Of a DNA stretch of 64,000 nt, positions 25,111 through 37,570 are shown in pieces (the first letter of the stretch is position 1; each line of letters begins with the position of its first letter). The notes under the pieces were generated by a model that was not told the origin of the DNA, searched no databases, and saw only the letters and a list, made by a program, of their open reading frames with translations. The position numbers were made by a program, and so were the translations under genes. The DNA is taken from the NCBI GenBank assembly GCA_951406725.2, contig OX597820.1, forward strand, positions 37,386,001-37,450,000. The letters are read 5' to 3'. The stretch comes from Octopus vulgaris (Eukaryota).

Positions 25111-28100
25111 GTGAGTATCAGTAGTTATTTTTATTTTAATTCATTTTTCTTTTCACTCATCATTTTGCTCAGCAAACTTATTCCTACCACCATTCTTTGA
25201 TATCTTGTTCATTTCTAACATCATTAGTATTGCTGTTACTATTGTCCAATGTATGCTAGCATGGAACGTGGACATTAAATAATGATAATGGTGGTTGTCA
25301 CAAATAGCATTTATTCATCATCATTTTAATATCCACTTTTCCATGGATCAGATGAAACTGGATGTTCTTAACTGTCTATTTCCCACCTAATCCTTTAAAC
25401 AATAAACAGCTCAGTGACCAAACATCTTTTCACAGCAATTTGTAACCGAAGACACCACAATGCACACACACACACACACATACGCACACACAAAGGGCTT
25501 CCTACAGTTTCCACCTGTCAGTTCCACTTACAAGGCATTGATCAGCCCAAAGTCATAGTAGAAGACACCTGTCCACAGTACCATGCAGTAGGAAAAAGTC
25601 AAAACAATGCTGTAAAGTAAACCTGTAGCCACACACAGCCATGTTACTGTCCTCAATATTAACATTAATCTCATCACTATTATCCACTTTTTAACCTTTC
25701 AGTTTCTAGTTTCCTGTCAAAATATCATTTCTGCTGTTGTAGTAGTTCTGTTAATGATATTACTCTCTGCTCTCTCTAACAACACTCTGACTATTCTACT
25801 AACCAAGACCAAAAACATTACAAAGAGCATCAGCCTACCTACATCATCATCAACATTTAATGTCTGTTTTCTATGCTGGCAAGGGTTGGACAGCATAGCA
25901 GGAACTGGCAAGACCTGGGGCTACACTAGGTTTCATGGTCTGTTTTGGCTTGGCTTCTATGGCTGGATGCCCTTCCTAATGCCAACCTCTCCACAGTGTG
26001 TACTAGGTGCATTTTACATGACACCATCACTAGTGCTTTTTATGCGGCACCAGCACCAGTGCTTTTTACATGGCACCAGCACCCACACCAATGCTTTTTA
26101 TGTGGTACCTTGGTTTTAGGATCTCAGTTCTGTTGTGGTGGGCAGTACAGATTCCACATTATTATCATCATTTCCCATTATCTTTATCAACTTCTCCAGC
26201 ACTATCGACTTTTCTTCATCCTTTATTTTCACTGACATGACCACCACACACCATGTCCTCACATCCTCATCATTATCATTTGTTACCATCTCTATCACAT
26301 ACAACCCCACATTCTTCATTGTCTTTATCATTACCTCTACCATCATCACCATCATTGCTTGCTATACCCTTTTATTGTTATTGCCACCAACACCACTATC
26401 ATCAACATAACCTCTGTTTTTCTACATTTGCATGACTCAACCATAGGATCCCTGCCAGAACAGATAATGGGGCCTGGTGCAGCCCCTGGCCTTACCAGCT
26501 CCAGTGAAACCATCCAACCCATGCTAGCATGGAAAACAGACATTAAATGATGATGATGATTTTCTATGCTTGCATGGATCAGACAGAGTTCATTGAAGCA
26601 GATTTTCTAAGGCTGGATGCCCTTCCTGTTGTGAGCACTCACTCATTTCCAAGTTAGGTTAAGGTAATATTTCCCCACGGCCTGAAATTGTTTTTCACGG
26701 AAGACTGAAAATAAACAAACTTCATTTGTATGACAGTGCTGCTCATTCACAGCCATCACATAATGTCAAGACAAGGACACACACACACACACACACATGC
26801 ACATGTATGTTGGGCTTCTTTCAGTTTCTCCCTACCAAATCCTTCACAAGGCTTTAGTTGGCCTTGAACTATAGTAGTCCTTTCATACATGCATATATGC
26901 AGTGTTAAATATAAATAAAAATCTACCAACATATTGAACTACACATCTCATTTTTATTAGGCAAACATGCTAATGGTGTCTTAATATTTTTCTCTGTTAT
27001 GTTAAGTGATGAGATCAGCTGTTTTTCCATATTTATATTTCTTGATTAAGTTATTATTAGCAGAGTAAACATTGGCCATTGATCTTATAATCTGTTTTTA
27101 GATCTACCTCCAATGTTTTGGTTGTTACATGGGAAAATAAGATGTGTGTGTGTGGCTGCATTTTATGTATGTGTGAGATTGAATATGTGTCAATGTATTG
27201 TGTAAAAATGCCTGTGTGTATGTGTATGTGTGTGTGTATGCATGATGGAGTGAATATGATGTGGATGTGTGTATTGTATGTGTTTATATATGTGAGAGAG
27301 TGTATATGTGTATGATTGCCTATATATTGTGTGTATGTATGTGTGAGAGAATGAATATTTTATGTGTAGGTGTGTGTGCATGCATACCTTTATATATCAT
27401 CATCATTTTACCTCTACTTTTCCATGCCTGGGTCAGACAAGGGTATGTCAGGGGGTGCAGAAGTGTCTATAGCCAGATACCCTTCTTGTCACCAACTTGT
27501 TTCCAAGTGGGGTAATAATGTCCAAGTCTGTCAAACAACAGATGACCTTTGCATATTTATATAGAGAACTGGAAACAAATGACAAGAGATGGTTAAACTT
27601 TTAGTTTACGAAGATTGCACAACATGCCAAGGCATGTCAAGAAGATATGCTTTTGTGGTGGATGCAAACAAATGGTACTGTTAGCAAAGCCATTGTTTAC
27701 AGTCAGTGTGTGTATATACCTGTGGATGTGGGAAATAGGAACTCACATACATACATGTACGCAGGCATACACACACACATGTATACACACACTGCTAATT
27801 TCTTTCAGTTTCTGTCTAACAAATCTATTCACATCTAATAAGCGAAGGGGCCAGTATGTGAAGGAAAAGAAGAAATAAAGAATTACATGCACGACAACAG
27901 AAATTGTAAAAAAACTTTTCTTACTCTCTTCCCTTTTTTTTCTCCCTCTTGTCCATGTATCCATAAAAACTCAATATGACTGAACTTTCAATAATGTACT
28001 TTTGTTATATCCTTCGCTGAACATTTACTTTAATATTACCTATCCCTGTGAAACTCATTAAATTCTATGTGAACATTTGATCATTTGATTGTTTAAACAT

Positions 28101-28719
28101 ATCTATCTAATTCCTACTTAATAATTTTAAATCCTGTTAAAATCCTCTTGTTTTATATATATTTATACCATTGATAGACAAAAAATTGTTGAAACAAGTT
28201 TGGTATGTATGTGAATAAATCTATTTACAAACAACTACACGTTTTTCAAATTCAGGTACATTTTCAAGACCCCAAACATTCTCTTATATTTTTTCCTGTG
28301 TCGGAATACAACTCTTCTTTCCATATATATATATGAATTAGAAAAAAATCCCACCTTTTATCAATTCAATAATGAAAAATTGAATTATACCATTTAGAAA
28401 GATTACATATTATAGAAAGATTAAATATAAGATAAAACATATAATGATGATTAAGTAATGTGCAAAATAAATAAAACGTATATATTTGGTAGAATAATGA
28501 TACGTGTTTCATGGCTATATTTAAGAAATGCTAATAGTAAAAATAATAGTAGTAGTAGTAAAATCACTTCAATATAAATATAGCCACTCTTCAGGTTAAA
28601 GATAACAACAATAATAAAATAATTAATTAGATAAATTAACAAATATATGTAAATAATCTTGTAAAACACGAAATATCTTAACAAATATATACTTGTTTAA
28701 AAAATAAGATACAATTAAA

Positions 28720-28751
<32 letters not shown>

Positions 28752-30204
28752 AGATACAAAATATACATTAAGTGAAAACTTAATACTACAATTTAAACTA
28801 TATACATTAAATCAAATTATCAATTAATTAATTTATTTATTTAATAAACATCCAAATAAAGTCTCATACCCATTAAGCAATTTATCCTAAAAACCTTAAT
28901 GTTAAGTAATATACACAATGCTAGTACAAGCCATATATATACATATATATATATATATGCTGAAACTAGCACAATACTGTTGGAAGGCAGGTTTAGAGAG
29001 GGCACAGGTCAAAACTACGTGTCCTTCCCCTCCATCGGTCAGTTGAAGCTTAAACAGTGTCACGTGACTGCTAGCTGGTGCTGGCTGCTGGAGCCTACTG
29101 GCAAGTATTTACAAGGGAATTTGGCAGGATGGTCATTTGCCTTCTGACATTTGTTGATGCTGCATTGAAGAAACCAAAGAAAAAAAGGAGAAAGAAGAAA
29201 TGCCCTCAACACCAGAGCTGAAGACACCTCTGAAAGGGGAGCCCGCAACATCAAAAGCAGTAGAGGAGAAGGGGCTAAAACCGGATATGGTTCCTCCTGA
29301 TGATGTCTTTAGCCACTGGATCCTATAAAGGAGCTGTTGAGGTAGCAAACCTGAAACGTGGTTGGAATTCCCCCCCGCCATATATGGCACGTAAAAAGCA
29401 TTATCTGATCGTGGCTGTTGCCAGCCTCGCCTGGCACCTGTGCCGGTGGCACGTAAAAGCACCCACTACACTCACGGAGTGGTTGGCGTTAGGAAGGGCA
29501 TCCAGCCATCGAAACATTGCCAGATCAGACTGGGCCTGGTGCAGCCTTCTGGCTTCCCAGACCCCAGTTGAACCGTCCAACCCATGCTAGCATGGAAAGC
29601 AAACGCTAAACGACGACGACGACGCTGCTGCTGTGAGTGTGTATTGAGCATATTCATGATTTTCAAGAAAATAAACAGCATCTAATCATATTGTTTATAA
29701 TATATATATGTGCATATAAAGTTGCAAGCTGGCAGAATTGCTACTGCACCAAGCAAAATGCTTAGAGGCATTTTGTTAGTCTTTATGTTTTGAGTTCGAA
29801 ATCTACCAGGGTTGACTGTGACTTTCATCCTTTTGGGATCAATAAAACAAGTACCAGTTGAGTACTGGGGTCAATGTAATTGACTTACTCCCTCCCTTGA
29901 ACTTGCTGGCCTTGTGCCAAAACTTGAAACTAATTTATATATGCATATGTGTGTTTCTGTGTGTGTGTTTAATGCCAGGTGTTACTTCTGTAACATGATT
30001 TCAATTTCATATCCATGAATTTAGATTTGGTGATCTTCAGTGGACTTTTTTGGTAGCTGGTGATGTAGAAGACAAGATTGTGGCATGTCATGTGGTGCAT
30101 TATATCACCACTGCTGTGTTGCCTTGGAATAAGATTATTGCAGTATTATCACAGAATATATTTGGCTTTGTACTCTGCTTTTGACCTCCCTCTCTGTTTT
30201 CTAG

Positions 30205-30405
30205 GCTGTTCAGTTGGTCTTATATTACCAAAATCATTGTCTCCGGAGGAAAAAAAGGAATTTGAAGACTTACTTTCAACCCTCACACACCTTGAACGAC
30301 AGCCCCGTGCTGAAAGACCTCGAGTTTTGGACCTTGGGGAAAAGAGTATTAGTCAGGAAGAGGAAGAAAAGACCAGTACTAAAGTCGCCAAGGGTATAGA
30401 AAAAG
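30205..30405 (+). CDS. SPART: Spartin coding exon 2
   Basis: TTTTCTAG| acceptor, |GTTTGG donor, 201 nt, phase 1-1. GCSVGLILPKSLSPEEKKEFEDLL parallels recalled human GCFVGVVLSSELPEDDRELFEDLL. Confidence 0.93.
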
Positions 30406-30847
30406 GTTTGGGATGTTTATTTATTTGTTGTCTTTTCTCTTCTTTTCACTGCAGTGTTCTTACCATACATGTTATATTTGTTAGGCAATTATTAGAAACT
30501 TCCTTTGTAACTCACTCTTAACCTCTCACTATGATCGTTGATAGAACCTTATTAAAAGTTTAACTAAATGTTTCATGTGAGCTGTCTGAACTGTAAATAG
30601 TAAATGGCTAAACGTAGACTCAGGGATTGTTAGTATTATTAGTGAAGGTCCATCAGGATTTCATTCCCAGTTCTTGTTTGATTATCTTAGTTCTTATGAG
30701 ACATTATAAGGCTGTGCTGGTAGAAGTATTTGTGAAAGCTGCTGTATGCTGATTACATAGCTCTTGATGTTGAAATTGATCAAGGAATTTATAAAGAATC
30801 TTTGAAATTAATGACAAAAATTTTTACTGAAGGGCTTGAAATTAAAA

Positions 30848-31370
30848 TGGGCCTGGTTTCCCGGTTTCCATGGTGTACGTGTTCCCCAGCTGGATGGGAT
30901 GCCAGTCCATCGCAGTGTTACTCATTTTGGAGCAACGTGAAATGAAGTGTTTTGCTTAAGAACACAATGCATCGCCCGGTCCAGGAATCAAAACCACAAT
31001 CTTACGATCATAATGCTGACACCCTAACCACTAAGCCACATGCCTCAACAAAAATTTTAAAAAATTTGTGGAGGCTCAATGGCCCAGTGGTTAGGGCAGC
31101 AGACTCGCAGTTGGAGGATTGCAGTTTCAATTCCCAGACCGGGCGTTGTGTGTGTTTATTGAGTGAAAACACCTAAAAGCTCCACGAGGCTCCAGCAGGG
31201 GTGGGGGTGAACCCCTGTTGTACTCTTTCACCACAACTTTCTCTTACTCTCTCTTCCCATTTCTTGAGTAATGCTGCAATGGGCTGGCATCCCATCCAGC
31301 TGGGGGGAACACATACGCTACAGAAACCAGGAAACCGGGCCCATGAGCCTGGTTAGGCTTGAAAAGGGCA
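30848..31370. mobile_element. Head-to-head pair of tRNA-derived SINEs (30848-31047 minus; 31068-31370 plus)
   Basis: The plus copy has A-box TGGCCCAGTGG and B-box-like GTTTCAATTCC. The 3' parts of the two copies are reverse complements (30849-30924 vs 31265-31342). Confidence 0.8.
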
Positions 31371-32086
31371 ACATTTTTGAAAGTAAAGTATAACCCTCAT
31401 TAAAGTGGTAATTAAAACTAATAGCTGAAATCACTAAAACTGTAACAGTATCTTGGATATGGTTCCTTTGATGTGCATGAAAGGTATGCTATCATGAACA
31501 ATACTGTTGTCATTAGAATGAATTAATGCATTAAGTATACACTGATAGCACATTTTTTGACTTTTTTACACATAGCTCCAATAATTGTTGTTGTTGTAGT
31601 TGCTTCTGCAACTCCTGTTGCTGTTCTTGTTGCTTTTGCAACTGTATTATAGAAGCTAATGGGTTTTCCATGATTTAACAAGTTGTATCACAAACAAATT
31701 GTTAAATAAGCTACGTGAGCTTTGAAACTCTAATCGCCAGATGTTGTGTCCTCCGTCTACAGATGTCGTGGTACTGCTACGATATTGTGACGGATAGTTT
31801 AGAGACACTGTACCAGTGTAGCAATAGTAAACAAGGTAATGATGCAGCCATAATAACAACATAATGATCCAACAATCTCGTCACAAACCAACAATCAGTA
31901 TTTCAAACAAACTAACCAACTGACACCTTCCAACTTCACTGTGAACTCAACTCGAGCTAACACAAATTTTACTCCGACTGCTATTATTTATAATTGCTTG
32001 GTCCAGTCTATTTCTCGCTAGAGGGTGTCGTGACTCTCATCACAACAGTTATCATCAACAGTGTTTTCTTTACTGTATTATTTCAG

Positions 32087-32278
32087 TTGCTGAACTCATT
32101 GCCTGGGGTCTTGGTAAAGGAGCAGAACATGGTACAGCGCTTCTTAAGAAAGGGTCTGAACAAATTATTTCTCACATAAGTCCAGCTCAGCGCAAAGCTG
32201 TTGATCCAACTGCTCAAAAAAGTGCTGAATATTTAAGATATGCAACGCATTCTGCTGTGAGAGTGAGTGGCTATGCCT
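32087..32278 (+). CDS. SPART: Spartin coding exon 3 (senescence domain start)
   Basis: TTTCAG| ... |GTAAGT, 192 nt, phase 1-1. Encodes VAELIAWGLGKGAEHGTALLKKGSEQIISHISP...ATHSAVRVSGYA. This frame is absent from the ORF track. Confidence 0.95.
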
Positions 32279-32600
32279 GTAAGTAATTGTTTTTTTTTTG
32301 GTCTTTCCTCCTTTTTCAATTTTCTCATCCTACTCTTGTTAACCCTATATTTCATACTTCACATTTTACCATAACAAGTTTTTATGTTTATTGTGTAAGT
32401 TAAACAGAACTGTTATATTGAAGTATGGGATCATATTTTGGGGAGAGGTCACTCCAGATATGACATACTTTTGCCTGTTCTGTTGTGAATAACGAAAACA
32501 TCTGGTATGCTGGTTGCTCTTGTTTAAGTGGAAATCATTGTAAACTTATCAGAAATATTAAATTTCTAAATGTCTCAAAGAGACATGAGCGGTGGTGGAG

Positions 32601-32724
32601 CGATAGAGTGGTTGTATACTGTCAACTTAAGGAAGCGGTCGATGCTTCCTTGGACTAAACAGCGGTGGTGTAATTCCCATATGGGACTGTCATGTTAAGT
32701 TGACAGTATACAACCACTCTATTG
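32601..32724. repeat. Inverted repeat with 28-bp perfect arms (probable small MITE)
   Basis: ATAGAGTGGTTGTATACTGTCAACTTAA (32603-32630) and its exact reverse complement (32695-32722). Confidence 0.9.
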
Positions 32725-33644
32725 TAAACTTAGTAATCCTGTATTTATTGTTGCTATATAAGCAGTTTGGTCTCCAATTTAACCAACAAAGTTGCTTGAT
32801 GAGGGAGATTTTGCTGTTGTCTTCAACTGGTCAAACAACATTATAGACAAGTTAATGAAGGAGTCTCTGTGTAGTTGTTTGACCTATTAGAAATAGCAGC
32901 TAAATCTCCAAAAATTACATTTAGTTGACTTAAAAATAGAGATATACTGAAAAATGTAGTCGGCATATTTTTTAGTTAGTTAGTTTTATTAGGGTTGATC
33001 TGGGCACTAAACAGAAGCAATTTATTGGTTTATGAAAAAAATGATCTTTGTTTCCAACATAGAAGTTTTTAACATTTTCCAAAATCCCTTAATCTTGTCA
33101 CAGTATAAGGGTTGCCAATTTAGCATATTTTATGCTAGATCTAGCATTTTTTTTTTTTTTTTCAGCATTTAGTAGAAAATCTTTGAATCTAGCATTTAGC
33201 AGGGAAAATAGCAGGTTTAAAATTTTATTTAGGATTTTTCTCTGATCATGACATTTCCACAATAGCTACCCTTATTTTTCTTCTTTTTCCTTTTCTACTT
33301 TTGTTAATGTATCTTATAGCCAAATTTTAGTACTTAGAGCTATTGCTGAATTTTTCTTTCGCTTTCTTGAAACTTCAAAAGAAAGTTTATCAAAAGGAAG
33401 TTTATCAAGTTATGAACTTGTCCAGCCCCTACCTCACTGGATTGGATACAGAGTGGTGCTGGGAGGGGGAGAAGATAACTCATGCATTTCAATAGAAATA
33501 TGGTAGCAAAAGGGTTAACAGCTTCCTCAGTTTTTCAAATACCTTAACCTTAGATTCACACCTGCCCAACTATACCCCAATGATTATGTAATTCAGCTGA
33601 TTATTTTCTCAGTTAATTAAAATGTTGTTAAATATTTCATTTAG

Positions 33645-33803
33645 TGAGCAAACTTGGTGATGCCACAATGGCTTTTGGTCGTATTCTTGCACCACACTTG
33701 AAAGAACAAGGGAAAAAGATTTTACCGAAATCTATTAAAAACAGCTCAGAGGCAGCTTCTAATTTTGATGCTGCTATTGAAATCGCTTCAAGTGGTATAA
33801 AAG
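33645..33803 (+). CDS. SPART: Spartin coding exon 4
   Basis: TTTAG| ... |GTATGT, 159 nt, phase 1-1. Encodes GRILAPHLKEQGKKILPKSIK...FDAAIEIASSGIK. Confidence 0.95.
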
Positions 33804-33861
33804 GTATGTGTACAAATTTTGACATGTTTCTCTTTCATAAACGTAACACATTTATGGTTTT

Positions 33862-34102
33862 ATCTTTTACTTGTTTCAGTCATTTGACTGTGGCCATGCT
33901 GGGACACCACCTTGAAGGGTTTTAACCGAACAAATCAACCTCAGGACTTATTTTTCTTTTTAAGCTTGGTACTCATTCTATCGGTCTCTTTTTGCTGATC
34001 TGCTAAGTTACGGGAATGTAAACATACCAGCACTGGTCGTCAAGTGGGGGAGGGGGGGCACAGACATAAAAACACACACACACACACACAGATGTGTGTA
34101 TG

Positions 34103-34151
<49 letters not shown>

Positions 34152-34502
34152 GACAGGTTTCTTTCAGTTTCCATCTATCAAATCCACTCACAAGGCTTTG
34201 GTCCACTCAGAGCTATAGTAGGAGACACTTGCACAAGGTGCCACACAGTGGGACTGAACCTGGATCTATCATCATCATCATCATCATCATCATTTAGCGT
34301 CCGTTTTCCATGCTAGCATGGGTTGAACTGTTCAACTGGGGTCTGTGAAGCCGGAAGGCTGCATCAGGCCCAGTCAGATCTGGCAGTGTTTCTACGGCTG
34401 GATGCCCTTCCTAACGCCAACCACTCCGTGAGTGTAGTGGGTGCTTTTTACGTGCCACCCGTAGTTGGGAAGCAAGCTTCTTACCAAACAGCCATGCCTG
34501 TG
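33862..34502 (-). mobile_element. Family-B SINE interrupted by a family-C insertion (about 34265-34460)
   Basis: The SINE head is split between GGGACTGAACCTGGA (about 34250-34264) and GTAGTTGGGAAGCAAGCTTCTTACC (34461 onward). Confidence 0.8.
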
Positions 34503-35885
34503 TCTTCAACAAATTTTGTTTTTAATATTTAATATGAAACAAAATGTATATTTGATTAATAAATAAATTAGATTACTGATTACATGGTATGAGTTGAAAC
34601 CTTAGTTTTTATCAAGGTTTATCTTCGTTTTCCTTAATTGGAAACAAGTTCTATTCTTTTCTGTCTCATTTGAGTTGTTAATCAGTTACTAAATTGAGTC
34701 ATTAATCAATTATTTTAGCAAAAATACATCCTAATAATTTAAATTTTCTATACTTTAACTCAGCACTGCAAGCAATCTATAATCATTGAAATTTTCACTA
34801 GATCTTCTATAAGGGATCTTGGTCACTTTTGAGGTTTCAGTTGTTTGCCTAACTGAACTTCTTGGCTTATTCAATTAGCATATAATTGGTTGAGTATTTT
34901 ATAGATGCATACCTTTTATGTAATTCTCAGGTGCAATCAGCATGTACCATTTTAATTACAGGTACAGTTCATTTGGCAGGTTTCTATATGGTTTTTCACT
35001 ACCCAGGTCAACTTGAGGCTGTAGAAAATAGCGTTTGCTCAAGTGTTAAGCAGTGGGATTGAACCTGAGACTTTGTGTTTACAAAGTGAACTTCTTAACC
35101 CATTCATCATCATCATCATTGTTCGACCGTGGTCGAGACTTTCATAGTCTTTTCAAATGGCTAATAATGTGTGCGCGCGCCACTACTACACACATTGGAA
35201 AGCATTGTACAACCAAGTACTAAAGAAGATCTTTCTTCCTCCATGAAACAAAGCTGTTCCCGCTGGACGTCAACCCAGTATTTCTAAGCTACGGACCAAG
35301 TGATTTGTTGTAAGGTTATCTCCCTAGATAGATTGCCTTCACTACGGCTAAGGAGCCCTTTCTACCCCATTCAGCCATAGTATGCTTGCCAAGTACTCTT
35401 ATAGGCTTATATATATAGTGATGACAAACCACTTCATGACTCAGGAGTTCAGAGTTTTGTTGTTGAACCTGGGCTCTGGGTGTCATTATTTGCTGCTACA
35501 TTGTCAGGTTTGCAACAGTTCATCACATAATATGGTCATCACAATCAATGATAATCCTTTTATTTGTTCTGGAATTTCACTCTTCACTAGAATTTTCTTT
35601 TCATTGCATTTTTCTAGCATACACATTAACATAATATATAGTGTAAACATTCAAATATCATCACTATCTTTCCAAATCCTACTGCATTTCACATGAAATG
35701 TTTGGTCCTCTAAAGTCACCTTGGTGTATAAGTCAACCTATCTTTATTTTGATCTGAAAAATGTGAATGGTACAACTTCCAAGAGTTTCTCTGTCTCGTT
35801 CTCTGTACCTTTGTTCTTCTTTTCTCCATCTTTCTTTCTCTCAACCAGTTTACTGTTCTTGACTCCCTTCTCTTCACTATTTCAG

Positions 35886-35976
35886 GTTTTAGCACTGTCT
35901 ACGTAGGCTTAGAGGCTGCAGCTAAATTCCTTGCCAGAGGCCTTGCTAATGAGACTGTCCACATTGTAAATCACAA
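35886..35976 (+). CDS. SPART: Spartin coding exon 5
   Basis: TTTCAG| ... |GTAAGT, 91 nt, phase 1-2. GFSTVYVGLEAAAKFLARGLANETVHIVNH parallels recalled human GFSTVWQGLECAAK...ETVQTV. Confidence 0.95.
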
Positions 35977-36584
35977 GTAAGTTCAATACTGATTTTACAA
36001 TATATGTCACAATTTTGTATTCTTATTATTTGACAATGTATAAATATCACAATACCTGTCACTTTTAGGCAAGAGGGTAAATATTATTTTTATAATGGTG
36101 TAATCTTATAATGTCTGGGGCACCATCTTCAAGGGTTTAGTGAAATATACTGACTCCAGTATATTTCTGTCAATCTTTTTCTGTCAATCTTTTACTGAAC
36201 TGCTAAGTTATGAGAACCTAGACAAACCAATACTGGTTGTTAAGCAATGGAGAATGGGGATGTGTTTACAGATACACACACATACACTCATATACAATGG
36301 GCTTCCACACAGTTTCCGTCTAACAAGTTCACTCGCAAGGCATTGGTCAACCCACTATGGTAGAAGACACTTGCCCAAGGTTCTGTGCAGTTGGATTGAA
36401 TCCAATATCGTGTGGTTACAAAACAAACCTCTTAACTACACACCAATGTCTGTGCCTATCAGTATTCATTTTTGCTAGCTTCAGTCATTGGACTGTGGCC
36501 ATGATGGGGTTATTACCTTCAATGGTTCTATTGACCCCAGTATTTATTTCCCATCTGCTACATATTCTTTTTTTTTCTTTTATT

Positions 36585-36973
36585 CTTTTACTTGTTTCAG
36601 TCATTTGACTGTGGCCTTGCTGGAGCACTGCCTTTAGTCGAGCAAATCGACCCCAGGACTTATTCTTTTTGTAAGCCTAGTACTTATTCTATCGGTCTCT
36701 CTTTTGCCGAACCACCAAGTTACGGGGGCGTAAACACACCCACATCGGTTGTCAAGCGATGTTAGGGGGACAAACACAGACACGCAAACACACACATATA
36801 TACATATACACGACAGGCTTCTTTCAGTTTCCATCTACCAAATCCACTCACAAGGCTTTGGTCAGCCCGAGGCTATAGTAGAAGACACTTGCCCAAGGTG
36901 TCACACAGTGGGACTGAACCTGGAACCATGTGGCTGGTAAGCAAGCTACTTACCACACAGCCACTCCTGTGCC
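36585..36973 (-). mobile_element. Full-length young family-B SINE
   Basis: Near-exact reverse complement of 20365-20762 with many CpGs retained. Confidence 0.88.
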
Positions 36974-37149
36974 TATATTAATAATTTCTATGTATTGAGC
37001 TGCAAAATTACAAATCTGACTTGAAGGGATGCAGCTCAACTTACTGGTTTTCACCAGTATACATAAACCCAAACACACACACACACTGCATCACCACTAC
37101 CACCATCATCATTCATTTGTTTTTCCATACTTCTCTGAGTTGAATGGGA

Positions 37150-37570
37150 TTTCTCCCCTCTTTCTGCTTATTATAGTCCTTTGTCATGTCCTTCTTGAGG
37201 TTAGGCATCTCAGGAATAAGTTTCATCACTTCTTCCATGTCTTCCTCAATCTTCCTCTTCTGCAGATTCCTTCCACTTGGTTTCTTTGGCATTTCTTTAC
37301 CCAAAAGTCTCCCTTCATACATGTCACATGTCCAAAACAGCACACTCTTCTTTTGCATTCTATTACTGATTCTCTTTATGCTCTGCTTTTCTTTCAGCTT
37401 ATTTGTACTCAGTCATCCATACACATTAACGTTGCACATCCAGAGGTGCATGCTTGTCTGTTTCTTTCCAGCCTTTCCTCTTTCTCTGCATTCAATGTCC
37501 ATGTCTTGCTATCCTGCAAAATAACACATTTTGTACTCAGACATCATACAGTCTTCCATTCATTTGGAGT
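37150..37570 (-). mobile_element. RTE-like LINE 3' fragment
   Basis: Minus-strand reading FGHVTCM...WVKKC...VEG...RGRLRKTW resembles the W.GHV.R...RGRPRK.W C-terminus of RTE-clade ORFs. Confidence 0.65.

Noticed and set aside
25111-25124. Stop codon ending the 249-aa ORF, suggesting a single-exon gene
   Set aside because: Read-through into the intron past a strong GTGAGT donor; homology continues in downstream exons.
31068-31145. tRNA gene
   Set aside because: A/B-box head continues into a SINE body and recurs at about 62045-62119; no convincing cloverleaf.
33108-33272. hAT-like MITE (AGGGTTGCCA...TAGCTACCCT)
   Set aside because: TIRs are short and mismatched, and no 8-bp TSD is identifiable.
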